Shown piece after piece: positions 49,960 through 63,600 of a stretch of DNA of 64,000 nt. Positions within the stretch are counted from its first letter, which is position 1; every line of letters starts with the position of its first letter. The position numbers and the translations under genes are program-made. Location of the stretch: assembly GCA_053919585.1 (NCBI GenBank), contig CM132784.1; one strand, written 5' to 3'. The notes under the pieces were generated by a model. That model did not search any database and was not told the DNA's origin. It saw nothing but the letters and a program-made list of their open reading frames with translations. This DNA comes from Euprymna scolopes (taxonomy: Eukaryota).

Positions 49960-50190
49960 AATAAAATACCTACAGACACTAGTGTTTCATCACTTCGGGA
50001 ATCTTCAGTGTAGTGTGTCACGATTAACACCAGTCGAACGATTCGAACTCGGCAACACGGGGCATCTCTGGCTCGATTAGCAAAGACCGTATTCATCTAT
50101 CATTAACCGCGTGAAATAACGTCGAATTTAAACATTATAATTGTTTCAAGTGTTCTTTACGTCAGTCAGACAGTGATCTAATCGTTATAC
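49960..50190 (-). mobile_element. Small non-coding HHR-bearing element (family of 23685-23945)
   Basis: Minus strand: ctaca CTGAAGA ttc-ccgaagt-gat GAAA cactagtg TC tgtag; intact core, GUC triplet, palindromic CACTAGTG; adjacent to (TA)n. Confidence 0.7.
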
Positions 50191-50849
50191 GATGATTGAT
50201 CTATGCATAAGAGCTAAATTGACCGACTTTAATTCAACTGAAGTGCTCAACGATAAGAAGCTTGGAGTGCTTTCCTTTTCTTGTTTCATTTCTTTTTCAG
50301 CTAATTTTAAATTTTCCACCCCAAAAGTGCCATAATGTATTTTTGAAAAATAGAAAATTCTATGTTCTGAAGAAAACAAAAAAAATCAACGTAGTTTGCT
50401 TGGTGAAGCCGTCGTTTATGCTACAGTGCACATGCGCATAGCGTAAACGGAAGCTGCAAAATGGTGGAAAGTAGTTCGTGGGTTCAGGGGTTAATACCAT
50501 GCAAACGGTAAATTTGCCCCAATTTGACTATCGGATTCGTCGTCAGCGACCTCAATTACCTATTAAAAAAACAAAACAAATTAGAGTGGTCGGTGTTCTG
50601 TTGTAGCGGATCTGGATATTTACCAAAAAGGCAGAATACCACATGGTGACTGATAGAATCTCGCCTTGTCTTCATTAATATATGTCTTTATNNNNNNNNN
50701 NNNNNNNNNNNNNNNNNNNNNNNNNNNNNNNNNNNNNNNNNNNNNNNNNNNNNNNNNNNNNNNNNNNNNNNNNNNNNNNNNNNNNNNNNNNNNNNNNNNN
50801 NNNNNNNNNNNNNNNNNNNNNNNNNNNNNNNNGGTTCTGTACAATGCAA

Positions 50850-51041
50850 TGTAGACTAAAATGTATTGTGGACATTGTCAATGCGGGAAGGCATGTGAAG
50901 CTTCCTTCTGTGATGAAACCCAAAATAGACCAAGCAATCAATCAATTTGATTTCACTAATTTCAATGACAATAAAATATGGGAGTATAAAACATTTGTTT
51001 ATCTTCATTTAATCCCGGACAATGCCGGGTCTCCCTGCTAG
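50850..51041 (+). mobile_element. Helitron 3' end
   Basis: cccggacaatgccggg hairpin then CTAG|T at 51038-51042; 5' boundary not determined. Confidence 0.6.
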
Positions 51042-53313
51042 TATTTATTTAGAATGCTGGTGTTAATTTTGATATTATGTAGCATTTTTTTTCGGCTTTA
51101 TTCACTTTTCTTGACACCGAGTATCAATATTTCCTGGAATTAATCAGAAAATGATTGTGCTTAGCGTTACAGAGACTATTGATTGTGTTGAAAATGTAAA
51201 TATTGATACCCGGTATAAGGAAAAGTGGATGAAGCTGCGAAAGAAATGCTACATAATATCAAAACTAGCACCAGCATTCCAAATAATGGAGTGTTCATAT
51301 TTTCATTTTTCAGTTCCTCAATATCTTTTTTTACATGATGTGATAGATGCATAATTTTCTTGATTTCATTTCAATTAAGTTAAAATCCAATGTTTGTCTT
51401 TTTAAATTTAAATTTTACAATTTGAAGAAATTGAATTTTATCGTTTTCAATTTATTTTTATTAGTGCTATACATTTTATATTTGGTTGTGTCATTTCGAT
51501 TTAAAAGTACGAAATATTCTCTGTGATTAATTGTTACTTACCTTGCTACTTTACCCATAACTTAATCGAAAGTGGTAGGTATACAGTGCCCAGCCGTGCA
51601 TACGTCAACAAACAAATTCGATTGATTTGAACTTAGCTTGCCTATTACATAGTCCCTGTCTGTATTCATTAAGCAACTCATAGACACCAACATTTTTTAA
51701 AATTTCTTCCTTTGAAGAGTAAGTATTCACAGTTAAAGAAAAATTAAGTACTTTCTATAAGCGGAGACAGATGTTTTCTCCCCAGTGTTACTCTTATTAT
51801 CACTATTATTACCTACTTTTCTGAAGAGTTCTACTTCTGGTCACTTTAAAATACTTCATTTCTACTAAAAAGCACTGTGTTATACCATTATGAACAATGG
51901 ATTGACTGTGATCATTTGTCTATTAATGATATTGCGAAAGGTATTATCTATGAATTTCCTCTTACTATGAGCAAAACAGTAAGTAGTGTTTAGTTAATCG
52001 TATCGTTTATTTTATGGAAATTGCTCGAGACAAGGCACCAAGCTACTTGATATAGGGTGCTAAGAATGATCAAACATTAACCAACAATAAGTATAAGATG
52101 GATAGCTGTTTCCCCAGAAAACAGCAATTCTTTCCTCTTTGTCATAAACATGACTGACGACACGTGAGGACTAAAGTAAAGAATATAGAAAGCGAGAGTT
52201 ACGAGGTTGCCAGAGGTAAACAGAAGAATGATTTTCTACTTTCCTTTACAATAAGCGTTGTGATTTGGGGTTAAATAGCTAGAATGAATGTTTGCGTAGC
52301 AATAGTAGTGAGTATTGATATCGATCTTCGATTTGATAAAAGAGTAAATCAGCAGCTATTTTTCAACTCTGAGAGATATTTAGTCCCGAAAGTGTGCATG
52401 TACTACAAAAACCCAAACCCACTTTTGTTTTCTATTTTCTACTTTTCTTACAGACAACAAATGTATGCATTACATAATGTTGTAATACCCTTTACAGCGA
52501 ATAGCCGCTCAGGAAGTAGTACTCATATAACGAGTCATTCTCTACACTGTTATGCACACCGTTAATTGAACACTCTCACAAACAAGTTAGTACATACAAT
52601 CTCTTATTTAAAAAAAAGGCATGCTAATATAAACACATACATTATGTTCAGCACATTCGCACACAAACATGCATCGAAACAGACATATGCGCTCAATTTT
52701 TCCTTATAAACAAACACCTGTCTTTCACCAAAACGTTCTCGGATCATTTTAACTCTGAGTTTATTACAAACTCTTTATACTTTGTTGTCGGAATTTGTCA
52801 ATAAAAAATCAATTATTTTGTATGTATAGACTTTTTTATTCTTCCATTTCATAATGTGCTATACACAACAAGAATCGATTTTATATTAACTTTTGAGATA
52901 AATAAACACTGTCTTAACACAATTCCAATGTATACATTTGCATGAAAATATTCTTCACATTGTCTACATATTTCTGTTTAATGCAAATATAATTTTATTC
53001 AATATTTTTTTTTCAATATCGCAACATTCTTGAACGAATTCCTATTTACTTTTTTTCCGTAGCTTATCAAAAAATTAACATAAGTCTGTAGAATTGTCTG
53101 GCTTTCTAGAATCTACAAAAATGTTTTTATTTGGAAAGAACGAAGAATATTCTAAATTCAAAATTTTCCAAACAAAATAGGAATTTCTAAAAAGAACTTC
53201 AGGATGTATTCAAAGAATCATTTGCCATTCAAAACTTAATTATTTTTTTTTTAAAAATAAGTATAGAAACTTGAACATATGAATAAATTTATTTGACTCG
53301 ATTTTAGTTAATA

Positions 53314-54891
53314 CTAGCATGACCCATTAACCGACGTTGCCGGGTGGAAGCATGCCCCCTTCCCCTTGTAAAAAGTTTAAGTACGGCTGTTGTTTATATT
53401 GCCCAACCTCCTAACATTAAGAACGGTTTTTGGAATAGACACGCCCAACATCCTCATGGTAAAAATGACCTTCGGATTGGACACCCCAAACCTACCCCTG
53501 TTACGAACGGTTTTCGGAATAGACACCCCATTTTTGTAAGGGGCGGGTTGTCAAAATATCTGCCCCAAGTGTAATCTTGGTAATCGTTGTCATGATCCCG
53601 ATAGCGAAAATACTATGAACCAATCTTGCAATTTGGGGTGTGCATTGTCGGTCGGAAAAAAATGAAAATGTTGGGTACTTTTGTATTTTTTGTTGCCGTG
53701 CTGAAATAATAATGCTATTATTTTGAAAGCCATTCTTAACATGTTAGAGGAGTGTGTTTTGTAAGTAATCTGTGCTTCCACCTTAAAATTTAATAATCAC
53801 ATGATTACATGTTCAATAATAACGTTATTAAATTTTACCTGTATAAAGTTTGTGAAGAAATAAGGAAGCTATGTTTCTTATTATTCGAAAAACTACCTAT
53901 TTGCGTACAACGATAATGTGGTATTTTTATTTAAACGCAATTAGGTCACAAATAACGTAGGTAAACTATAATGATTTTCTTTTATTCGAAAAACTACTTA
54001 TTTGTGGACATTTTTTATGCGATATTCTTTCATAAAACGCAGGTCACTAATAAAGTTGGTAAACGATAATTTTAGTATAATAATTTCTAGAAAAAAATTT
54101 TGCGCTTCAAACGCAAATAGATTCCAAAATGCTCCCCACGGGACAGGGTTAGACACCAGGATAATTTTTTAACGTGCAGAAAAGGAACAAAAATAAAATT
54201 TGTCTCGGAAATTGAAGTGTAGCATGTGAAGAACAGATACTACACTTAGATCTTGGCCCGAATGCTAAGTTCCAAATATCGTAAGTAAATCACAATTTTT
54301 AAAAAAATAATTTCGCAACTGTATTTTCTATTAAACTAGCGAGGGGTACCTGTTTAGAGGTGTGTGTGAAAACTCCGGAGGGGGGGGGGGTAAAATAAAA
54401 TAAAAATGTTTTGTGTGAGGATCGAACCGTTGAGGTAAAGTTGTAAATTAAAGTGTGAAAAAAAAGACTGCGACGGTTTTAACCATTGCCCACCGCGAGA
54501 TGCTAACAGAAACATTATTTAATTACTTGGATTTGGCAGGTGCACGTTTTAATGACTTAATGAGGTCAAGTTTGACTGCGGGATAGTATTTCATTTACTG
54601 CGGGAACGCTTTTTTTTATTTTTATTTTCCCAAAATGTTATAGGAAAAAGACTAACCCACATGCGGCGAACGACAAATGTTGAATATTTATCTTCCCGAA
54701 GTCGAGCAAATTAAATAGACAGGCGAGCTTCGTTGTTAACTCTGAGATATTACGATTTATATGTGATATAAAAAGTTTTAAAAAGTTGTGAACCGACTGA
54801 CCGCTTCTCTGAAAAAAAGCCTTTTGCAGACATACAGAAAAAGCGAACACACCTACAAACATACATACATTTTCGCTTTTATATTTATAGA
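53314..54891 (-). mobile_element. Non-autonomous Helitron, possibly composite
   Basis: Minus strand starts A|TCTATAAATATAAAAGCGAAAATGTATG and ends cccggcaacgtcgg...CTAG|T; internal short repeats at 53420-53530; a second CTAG-type end near 54336. Confidence 0.6.
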
Positions 54892-55490
54892 TAATTTTGT
54901 GTTTATGCAGGAAGATTACCCCCAGGGTTATTTTTGTAAAAAATGCTGATTTCGCAACTGTATTTTCTAGAAAATGATTTTATCCTTAAAACGCAAACGC
55001 GTCCCAAAAACAAGATGTTGTAATTTAAAAAATAATTTCGCAACTATTTTCACCACGGACATTTGCATAAAAAATAGTCATATAAAAATTAATAGTACTC
55101 AACCAACAATTATATTGATTAATAATCGAAAAACTACTTAATGAGGACAATCGCACTGCGGTATTTGTTGTAAGCATACTATTTCCCCTTAAAAATTAAC
55201 TAAAGTTCGGTGTATAAGAATAAAAACAACGGCGTGTAAGATTAAAAATAAAAAAAGACAACAATAGTTTCGTTCGTAATGTTTATAAAAAAAAGGGAAG
55301 GTCTATAAACTTCTATGCGTATTGTTTATAAGCAAAGGAAATGTTATGTCTAAAGTAAATAAAAAGTGTGTAATCTTGTTCAAAAAGGTGTTTCTCTATC
55401 GCTCTCTATGTCTCTGTCTGTCTCTCTCTGTCTTTCTCGCTCTCTCCCTCTTTCTGTCTGCATCTCTCTCTTTCTGTCTGCATATCTATC

Positions 55491-55562
<72 letters not shown>

Positions 55563-56490
55563 ATTATCTCTATCTAGGTATCAGTCTTTTTACTTCTCTC
55601 CCTATAAGTCTATCTTACGGAATCTGTGTATTTTTATGTGTCCCGGTGTATTTGTTTAACAAATCTGTCGTTCGCCCGCTGGTCTAGCAAACCTCGAATA
55701 TCGTCTAAGTATTATGTTTTTTGCCGAAAGCAATAAGTTTAATAAACAACAGTTGGAGAAGTTAAGTAATATAATGTGGAAAAGGAAAATGTAACAGAAA
55801 AGAAATCGGTTGTTTATCGGCCATGTTTTTGGAGAGCCTGTGTGTTCGTTTATTCAATAAGGTATCTATTTTCGAATAAGCGGGTTGAGAGGTAGCAACC
55901 AATGAGAACTGAAGGAAATGTGTAACAGAGAAATTATTATTTCTTGTAAGAGAAATAAAAAGTTAATGCTTTGTATAGGAGTTTAAAATCCAGTTAAGAA
56001 GGGTAACTGGAGAACATAGTAAGAATATGTATATAAATTCCGGGTGTAGACTGGTGGTAGGAAGAGTACTGTAGACGGAGAGGGAAAAATAAGAACTACT
56101 TCTTCGGTAGATGATGGCGATCGTCATGATACATATACTAGGATGTAATATAGGGAATAAATCTAACGAATAAATGTGTCTATAACAGCGGTTAAAGTTA
56201 GATAAGATGGCTGATAATAGTTTATGCATAATAAATTTGTACGTGGCATCTGTTGTTGTAAATCTATGGTATTTTGGTCCAGAGGAGGAAAACTGCGTCT
56301 CTTTAATTATATATTGAGATGTTCTTTCTTTTATATATACATTGCCGGATTTACCTAATATTATGTGGGTGCTCATGGTTCGGCCTCAAATGCAATATAA
56401 ACTAACATCTTAATCTTTCTTGGGCATAGTCCCAATTTGTAGCTCCTTACGTCCGAGTGGCAATATGCCTTGTTTGGAATGAAGATGAGT

Positions 56491-56554
<64 letters not shown>

Positions 56555-57551
56555 GAAACTTACTAAGAGAATGTCAAAAGTATATATAAATGGTTTTAAA
56601 AATGTATTTGCAATTTAAAAAGTGTTCTTTTTATGATGGCAAATATTAATACTAAGTCCATTTCCTTCATAATTGGAGTGCTGAATCCACACTTGATCCT
56701 AGTATGGCCCAATCGTGCTGTAGAGACTAAATGTGGCCCTATACAACATGGAAGTTACCCAGTATCATATTCTGGTTAAGTTGGCACTAATGATATCAGA
56801 TCAGTGCAAAAGTTTTTGCCAGTTCGTAGAAGGTGCATTTTCAACAACTGCAATTTCTTTTATGCATGTTGTTATTGCTGTATATAATTTATATATGTTT
56901 TTATGTATATATTTTAAAGCATTAATTATATTTTTCTCCAATATTCTCACCCATGTTGACTGGAAAACGACCTTTTGTAGTGAATAGAAAGGCAGCCACC
57001 TTCTATCATCATAATGCTCGTCCTTACATCTCACTACTGATTAAAAATGTTTGCGCTGATAGTCGTTATACACCTATGATGTGTTTAATTGATCTACTTT
57101 GCATTTGAGGCGACTAAGTCGGGAATTCGGAAAAATGGTCGATCAAACTTTTCACTCTCCCTTGGTTTGAGAAAGTGATGTCTTAATCTTCGGGATTTTT
57201 TTTTTCATGGTGTTGCGTCAGGTAGGTTGTTTGCAAGCAAGCTGGAATAAACATTCACAGAAATAACCAATCGTTCAGTAAAGATGAAATGTGATCATAT
57301 TCTCTACAGTTAAATGAAAAATGTTAACTGCATGGACACATAAAAGGTTCACATTCGACATAAGTGTTATAAGATGATTAATCCATTTCCAGAATAATAA
57401 ACTTACCCAAGCAATAAATAAAGTAAATATCTAAACGTTGCAGCAAAGATTAATGCCATTCATTTCACCTGTTACTCTTCGATTGCTGATACATGCTAAT
57501 CCGTCTGACACAAATTGGGTCATTCTAGTAGTATTATAACTGTCGGGACAA

Positions 57552-58115
57552 GGCATTCGGTCTGGGTAGTCCTAAGAAGTTTATCCTCCTAGATTTTACC
57601 TCCCGTCTTTCAGATGTAAACTCATTGCTTAGTGCCTGTGGCATCCTGACTGGAGTGCTGCTGGGACTGCCCAAGCAATCTTTACTAGTGCAGATAGCTT
57701 CTCTTTTAGGAATGCTGGCCTGAACTTCCCCAACTCCTGATCTTGTGTTACATCTTGCAGTGGGAAGAAAGTAATACAGTGATTCATTGCATTCAAATGC
57801 TACTTGCTCGCCGACACATGCTGGTAAAGGTTTCTAACTTGACAATTAGTCTATCAGAAACTGAATCATTTCGATGACCTTTGATTTTGCAGACTGAGGC
57901 ATTCGTTTTGGATAGTCCTAGGAGGTGTATCCTCCTTATCCTTGCCACCACTGTTTACGGCAGAATAAGTATATTTCTGCCTGCCTGGAGCACACCAACC
58001 GAGAAATGCTGACAGGACAGCTTAGGCTATTTTTAATAGGTCAGAGTGTTCCTCTTTACGAGAACTAACTTGATTCTGCACACCTGTGTTGGGAAGGAAG
58101 TAAATACAAATGATC
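57552..58115. repeat. Diverged direct repeat, period about 345 bp
   Basis: ggcattcg..tgg[g/a]tagtccta...tatcctcct at about 57552 and about 57898; gggaag[a/g]aagtaa at about 57762 and about 58091. Confidence 0.6.
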
Positions 58116-59089
58116 AGTAACAGTTATGGTACTAGAATCATGACATGTTCTGTAACATACATTTGTTAATACACTTTTTGTTAATTATATTACTGTGTTT
58201 GCCTTGATTAAAATTGGCCTGCAAGGCTGCAACACTAAGCAAGGTATGATTGGGACCAAATTAACATACGTCGTGTTGTCATCACTAAATCATATAGTAT
58301 ATATTCTTGATTAACAGGCCATATGTATATCTATGTACGTTGTTCTTATATATAACGGACTATCGTCCTTGTATCTAAATGTCTATCTTAACGGCCCATG
58401 ACTCGTTTAGTTTTTGTATGCGCATATCAGAACATATAATACACGAAACAAAGATAACATACTGTCCGCTGTTGATTGCCTCTGTCATTTGACCGCTACC
58501 TGGGGGATTTTTCAACCGTCCTTGGGGAGAAGGAACCTTTTTAAAGGAAATGCTTCAAGACAGGGACCCAAGATGAATGAGTGGTTTTTAATATATATTT
58601 TATTCACTCCTCAGGCATCTCGTTACAGGAGAACTGGAATGAATCTTGGCTTGTGTGTTCTCTATTTGAGACTGCCCCCTCCCCATGGGGAGATCTTCTT
58701 AACGCATCTTGCTGGTTCTGTGTCTCAAATCCAACTTAATAAAGCTTAACTCACCTTACTCAAACCGGAGAAGCTGACATGTCACGTCAGGTTCCCATTC
58801 GGACACTTCCGGTGCAAATAATCGGTCACAGAGTTTGATACATGTCAAAACATGTAACTATTCAAATCTCTGTTGTCCACTCGCCGCAAGATAGATATAT
58901 AGATATATAGATAGATAGATAACAGACAATTAAATGCTTCTACTTTGCTATTATCGAAAATTGAAAAGTATGATGAAAAGGTGCTGAAAAAGAGGAACAA
59001 GAAGATGGTGTGACGTTACATGATAGATGATGATATATTATGATTTTTTTTATGAAGATTATTCCAGACAAGGCATGAAGCCACTTGAT

Positions 59090-59850
59090 GTAAAGAATTA
59101 AAAAGAATTAACGACGAGAGATGCCTACTGTCTTTAGTTTTGAGAGGGTAAGAGGAAAACAGTCAGCAGGAAAAAAGTTTCACAACACAGCAGTTATTGG
59201 AAAGAAGCTACTTGAATAGGAAAATGTGCTGTAACAGCGAATTGATGAATATCATTAGCGCAACCATTTCAGCAAGTTGGAACAAAGGAAGCAGGGAATA
59301 AAAGTACATGTAGAAAAGAATGACTAACAACATAACGTTTGTACAGAGAAGAGATGCGCTTCTGAACTTTACGAAGAACCCGCAAATGGAACAGAAATTC
59401 ACCAGGCCAAATATGACAATATTCAATACAGCAGTTGATAANNNNNNNNNNNNNNNNNNNNNNNNNNNNNNNNNNNNNNNNNNNNNNNNNNNNNNNNNNN
59501 NNNNNNNNNNNNNNNNNNNNNNNNNNNNNNNNNNNNNNNNNNNNNNNNNNNNNNNNNNNNNNNNNNNNNNNNNNNNNNNNNNNNNNNNNNNNNNNNNNNN
59601 NNNNNNNNNNNNNNNNNTTCATCACCATAAATGTATAATAAATCGATCAATAGAAGGAAAAGCAATATCAAAAGAAAGAATGATAAACTCAATCCAGGCA
59701 AAAAATACAATTTTTTATTATCAGCTCCTACAAAAAATAAAAAATAAAATAAAGATTTCGTAATGAAAGAGAGTTTAGAGTGTCTTAAGAACCTGATATC
59801 TGATGAAAGCGGTAGTTTGCATGTATGGACAAATTGAGTAGACATGTCAC
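59090..59850 (-). mobile_element. CR1-like LINE 3' fragment
   Basis: Minus strand IEYCHIW..., LRKVQKR and SFFPITAV..NFFPADCFP. Confidence 0.7.
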
Positions 59851-60304
59851 TATCAACTATTTATATATAAGGACTTCTCGCATGTGTCAAGTCTGTATGT
59901 CCGAAAGAAAAATACCGGGAGAAAAAGAAGAAAAGTTGTGTTTGTGTTTTTATAGTATATATATGTAAATATATGTAACAATTTCTGTGGCTGGTGGAAA
60001 GAAACTGCTGATTAAAGATTTCTTTTTCAACGGAGAGTCGATACTTAAAAAAGCAGCTTCGTTTAGAGTCATCAGTTTTTAAATGTACTAAACCATCTTT
60101 TAAAGAGACCTTGTTGTTATTTTGTTACGTTTAATTATAAATAGCATTTCGTCAATTTGTCACACTTGAAATAGCATTTTTAGATTTCGTCTCGGCATAT
60201 GAGGATCAGTCATATTTGTTTGGAATCATCTTTCTAACAGATCAGATTAGCATAAATAAGCAATCGTTTAATAAAGACGAAACGCGTTAAACTTTTTTTA
60301 ATGA

Positions 60305-61046
60305 CTAGCAGAGAGATCAGTTGTTTCCCGGTATTGAATGCTTCATACTCCAATATTTTTTTATGGAAATCGGTCAAATCACCCATTTTTCAATCAAATC
60401 GATTGATTGTCTGCAATGACTTAGTACATTATAGTCTACATTGCACCGTAGAGAACCTACTATTGATTTTATAAAATTATTTTTATATATAATAGCTTGA
60501 ATTAAAGTTCAAAATGCAAAAAAAAAAAAAATAATAAAATCATGTATCATGCTTCAATTGTGCTCTAAACAGAAACATTCATTTCGAACGCATCCTTGTC
60601 ATATCAAAGAATCTACTATTCGTTTTATATGCCTGGTCTTACTACTTGAGCAATGATTATGGCTTGAATTTAAAATGAAAAAGTCAAATATAATGGTGCA
60701 ATTGTGTTTTAAACGTTCATTTCCAATGCACCCCTGTCATATCAAAGAACCTGCTGTTAATTTTATATGTCGGGTCTTTCAGCTTGTGTGGTAATAAAAC
60801 TTTTCAATGCACTTGTAATGTTAGGCTGTGTAAGGTGTTAACTTTGGTCAAAATCGCGTGTTCCTTCTTTCATTGGATTATTTCGATTATCGATTATCGA
60901 AGACATTCTGATATAAAATCTATTAAACAACACTGTCAAGCACATAAAGTACTTTGGTGTGAAATTTTATAAAAATCAGCCCACTCGGTGTGGAGTCCAT
61001 AGGGAACGAACTCACACATAAAGTGACTTTTATATCATAGTAGAGA
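60305..61046 (-). mobile_element. Non-autonomous Helitron (family of 2646-3400 and 37870-38664)
   Basis: Reverse-complement similarity to 37870-38664; minus strand starts A|TCTCTACTATGATATAAAAG and ends ...ctg CTAG|T. Confidence 0.7.
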
Positions 61047-61436
61047 TTGAGATATAGATTAGGGTTGTTGATGATTATATGATTTGTGAACTTCATTCAA
61101 TGAAAATTTAAAGGTGTGTCTATTTTAAAGGCGAGTGAAGCGTTCTTTCGCCTTCGTAGGCAATCACTTTGAGACGGTGTCTCTATGTAGGTACTAGTCC
61201 ACTTCATCACATGGGGTCGGAGTCAAGAAAATCATTCCACCAATAAAAATCTTGTCTCAACTGAAGAAATGATTTCCAAAGAAAATCCATCGCTTTTCCG
61301 ATCATGTAGTTTGGAAAATGACCTGGCCAGAAATAGGTTAGTTTGAAAGTGATATCATGATACGATCATAAAAATCTTATTTCCAAAAATAAGCTTAACA
61401 AACCTAAATGTCTATTTACTTTTTCATATCTATGTA

Positions 61437-62347
61437 CAAGGTGTCTTCAGTAAGTATCCAGACTTTTTTTTTTGTGCCGGTATTTAAAATTGAAAATTCA
61501 GTATCTTATTTCTATACATCTTATAAGATGACCAATTAATTTTTATGATTTCAGGTTCAAATGAACAGCTACAGCAGGAATTTGAATACACCCTACTAAA
61601 GCGTGATTATCACAACTGGTGAATTTCAAAAAAGAAATATGAACATGAGGACAATTTAGAAGAACGATATGCAATAAAATTCTGTGTTAAACTTGGAAAA
61701 ATACCACAGAATCGTATGCTTTTGAATAATCTTGCATGAATCCATCATCAGTTTTTGTGGCACAGAATATTCAAGGAAGGCTGGGAGTTTATAAAAGATG
61801 ATGAGCGGTATAGGAGGGGTAAAGAAGTCAAAACTTGAGAGTTGATTGGCCAAATAAAGAGTTTCATGGATAAGGACCATCGTGTGTCTATAGAGACAAG
61901 AAGTGCACAGTTTGATGTCAGTGTGGGAACTGTACACACAATTATTCGCAAGGAAATGAAGATGTGCAAGAATTGTGCCAATGTACCAGTCCACAATTCC
62001 ATTCTTGTCAAAGACTATTTGAGTAAGATGAGAATCAAGACAGTTCCTCGCCGTCCTTTTAGTTCAGACCTTGCACTCTGTGACTTGTGCTTATTGCCAA
62101 AGCTCAAAGAAAACCTTAGAGGCTGTTGTATCAAGACAATTGAGGAGATGAAAGAGGCTGTGTCGAGGGTCATTGACACGCTCACACAAGAGGACTTCCA
62201 TGGGGCCTTCCAGAAGTTTTTAGAACGATACAACAAGTGCATTATAGGCGGAAGAGATTACTCCGAAAGGGAATACTGTTTCATGTATGTATTATCAATA
62301 AAAATGCCCATACGGAAAAGGTCTGGAAACGTATTGAAGGCAGCCTG
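61437..62347 (+). mobile_element. Internally deleted mariner element
   Basis: Imperfect TIRs TA|caaggtgtcttcagtaagtatccagact ... aggtctggaaacgtattgaaggcagcctg|TA; EERYAIKFCVKLGK, second HTH, and PFSSDLALCDL (YSPDLAP.D-like). Confidence 0.88.
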
Positions 62348-63546
62348 TATATACAAGCAGCGTTTGAAAAAGTGCGTGTAACCCAACCTTCTTTATCTCT
62401 TCCTCTCTCAACTGGTTCAATATAATAAAAACGTGCAAATTGAATATACGCATCTTTTTTTTCTCTTCTTAACGCAACTCACACCATTCGTAAAACATGA
62501 TAATTTGCTAAAATTCAATTACGTGAAGCCGATGATAAGTTTCTGTTCAGATGTTGTGAAATGTATTTTAGCGGGAAAATGTTTTCATAATTGAAAAATT
62601 AGAAGAGATATTATATAAATTGATAATCAGTCGGCAGAAGCAAAGCGTTCATCAAAACAAGAAATTTCACATAAAGATATTTTCAGTTCATTATCTATGT
62701 CTTTAATTAAATGACAACTTAAACATTATAATTAATACCATCTGCGGGGAGAAACCTCTATCTTGGGAAATATTAANNNNNNNNNNNNNNNNNNNNNNNN
62801 NNNNNNNNNNNNNNNNNNNNNNNNNNNNNNNNNNNNNNNNNNNNNNNNNNNNNNNNNNNNNNNNNNNNNNNNNNNNNNNNNNNNNNNNNNNNNNNNNNNN
62901 NNNNNNNNNNNNNNNNATATATGTGGATATATATATNNNNNNNNNNNNNNNNNNNNNNNNNNNNNNNNNNNNNNNNNNNNNNNNNNNNNNNNNNNNNNNN
63001 NNNNNNNNNNNNNNNNNNNNNNNNNNNNNNNNNNNNNNNNNNNNNNNNNNNNNNNNNNNNNNNNNNNNNNNNNNNTTTAATTAAAACCATATGAAGAAAA
63101 AATAGTCCCAAGCCCTTTGTTGAAAAACTCTTTTGTTTCTAAGTCAATTTCATTGCATTAGTTTGTTTTTTTCAAGAATTTACGTTAAACTTAACATTAT
63201 TGTAGGAATCATTAGTTGTTTACAATGAAATACTTTTCCAAAATTTAAAAACAAAGCAGCATTTTATCTCATGGCTCTCCAACAGCGTTGATCAAACACC
63301 ACCTCCTTTAAAAAATAAAAAATAAAAAAAATATTTCGAACATCAAATCTAGTTGTTTGCTCTAGATTAATTTTTTGCTTTTTACCGGTGTTGTTCGTCT
63401 TTGTACAAGAAAAAATATTCATCATTTACAAAGTTACTGCATTTATATAGAGTTTGGACGAATCCATCATATTACTCATAATCTCTATTCGTTATTTATA
63501 TTTTTGTATGTATATTATTATTTACTTTAGAATATTTTATATTATA

Positions 63547-63600
63547 CTAGCAGAGCTACTCGGCGTTTCCTAAGACCGTATAAAACAATAAAATGACGTT
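63547..63600 (-). mobile_element. Probable Helitron 3' end
   Basis: Minus strand ...ggaaacgccgagtagctctg CTAG|T, resembling the other Helitron termini. Confidence 0.45.

Noticed and set aside
55960-56490. Possible decayed PLE endonuclease on the minus strand (QTRHIATR..., ILGKS..., IKETQF)
   Set aside because: Similarity is too weak to support without a profile search.
15884-63111. ORFs spanning N-runs or (TA)n tracts
   Set aside because: Artefacts of masked or dinucleotide sequence.
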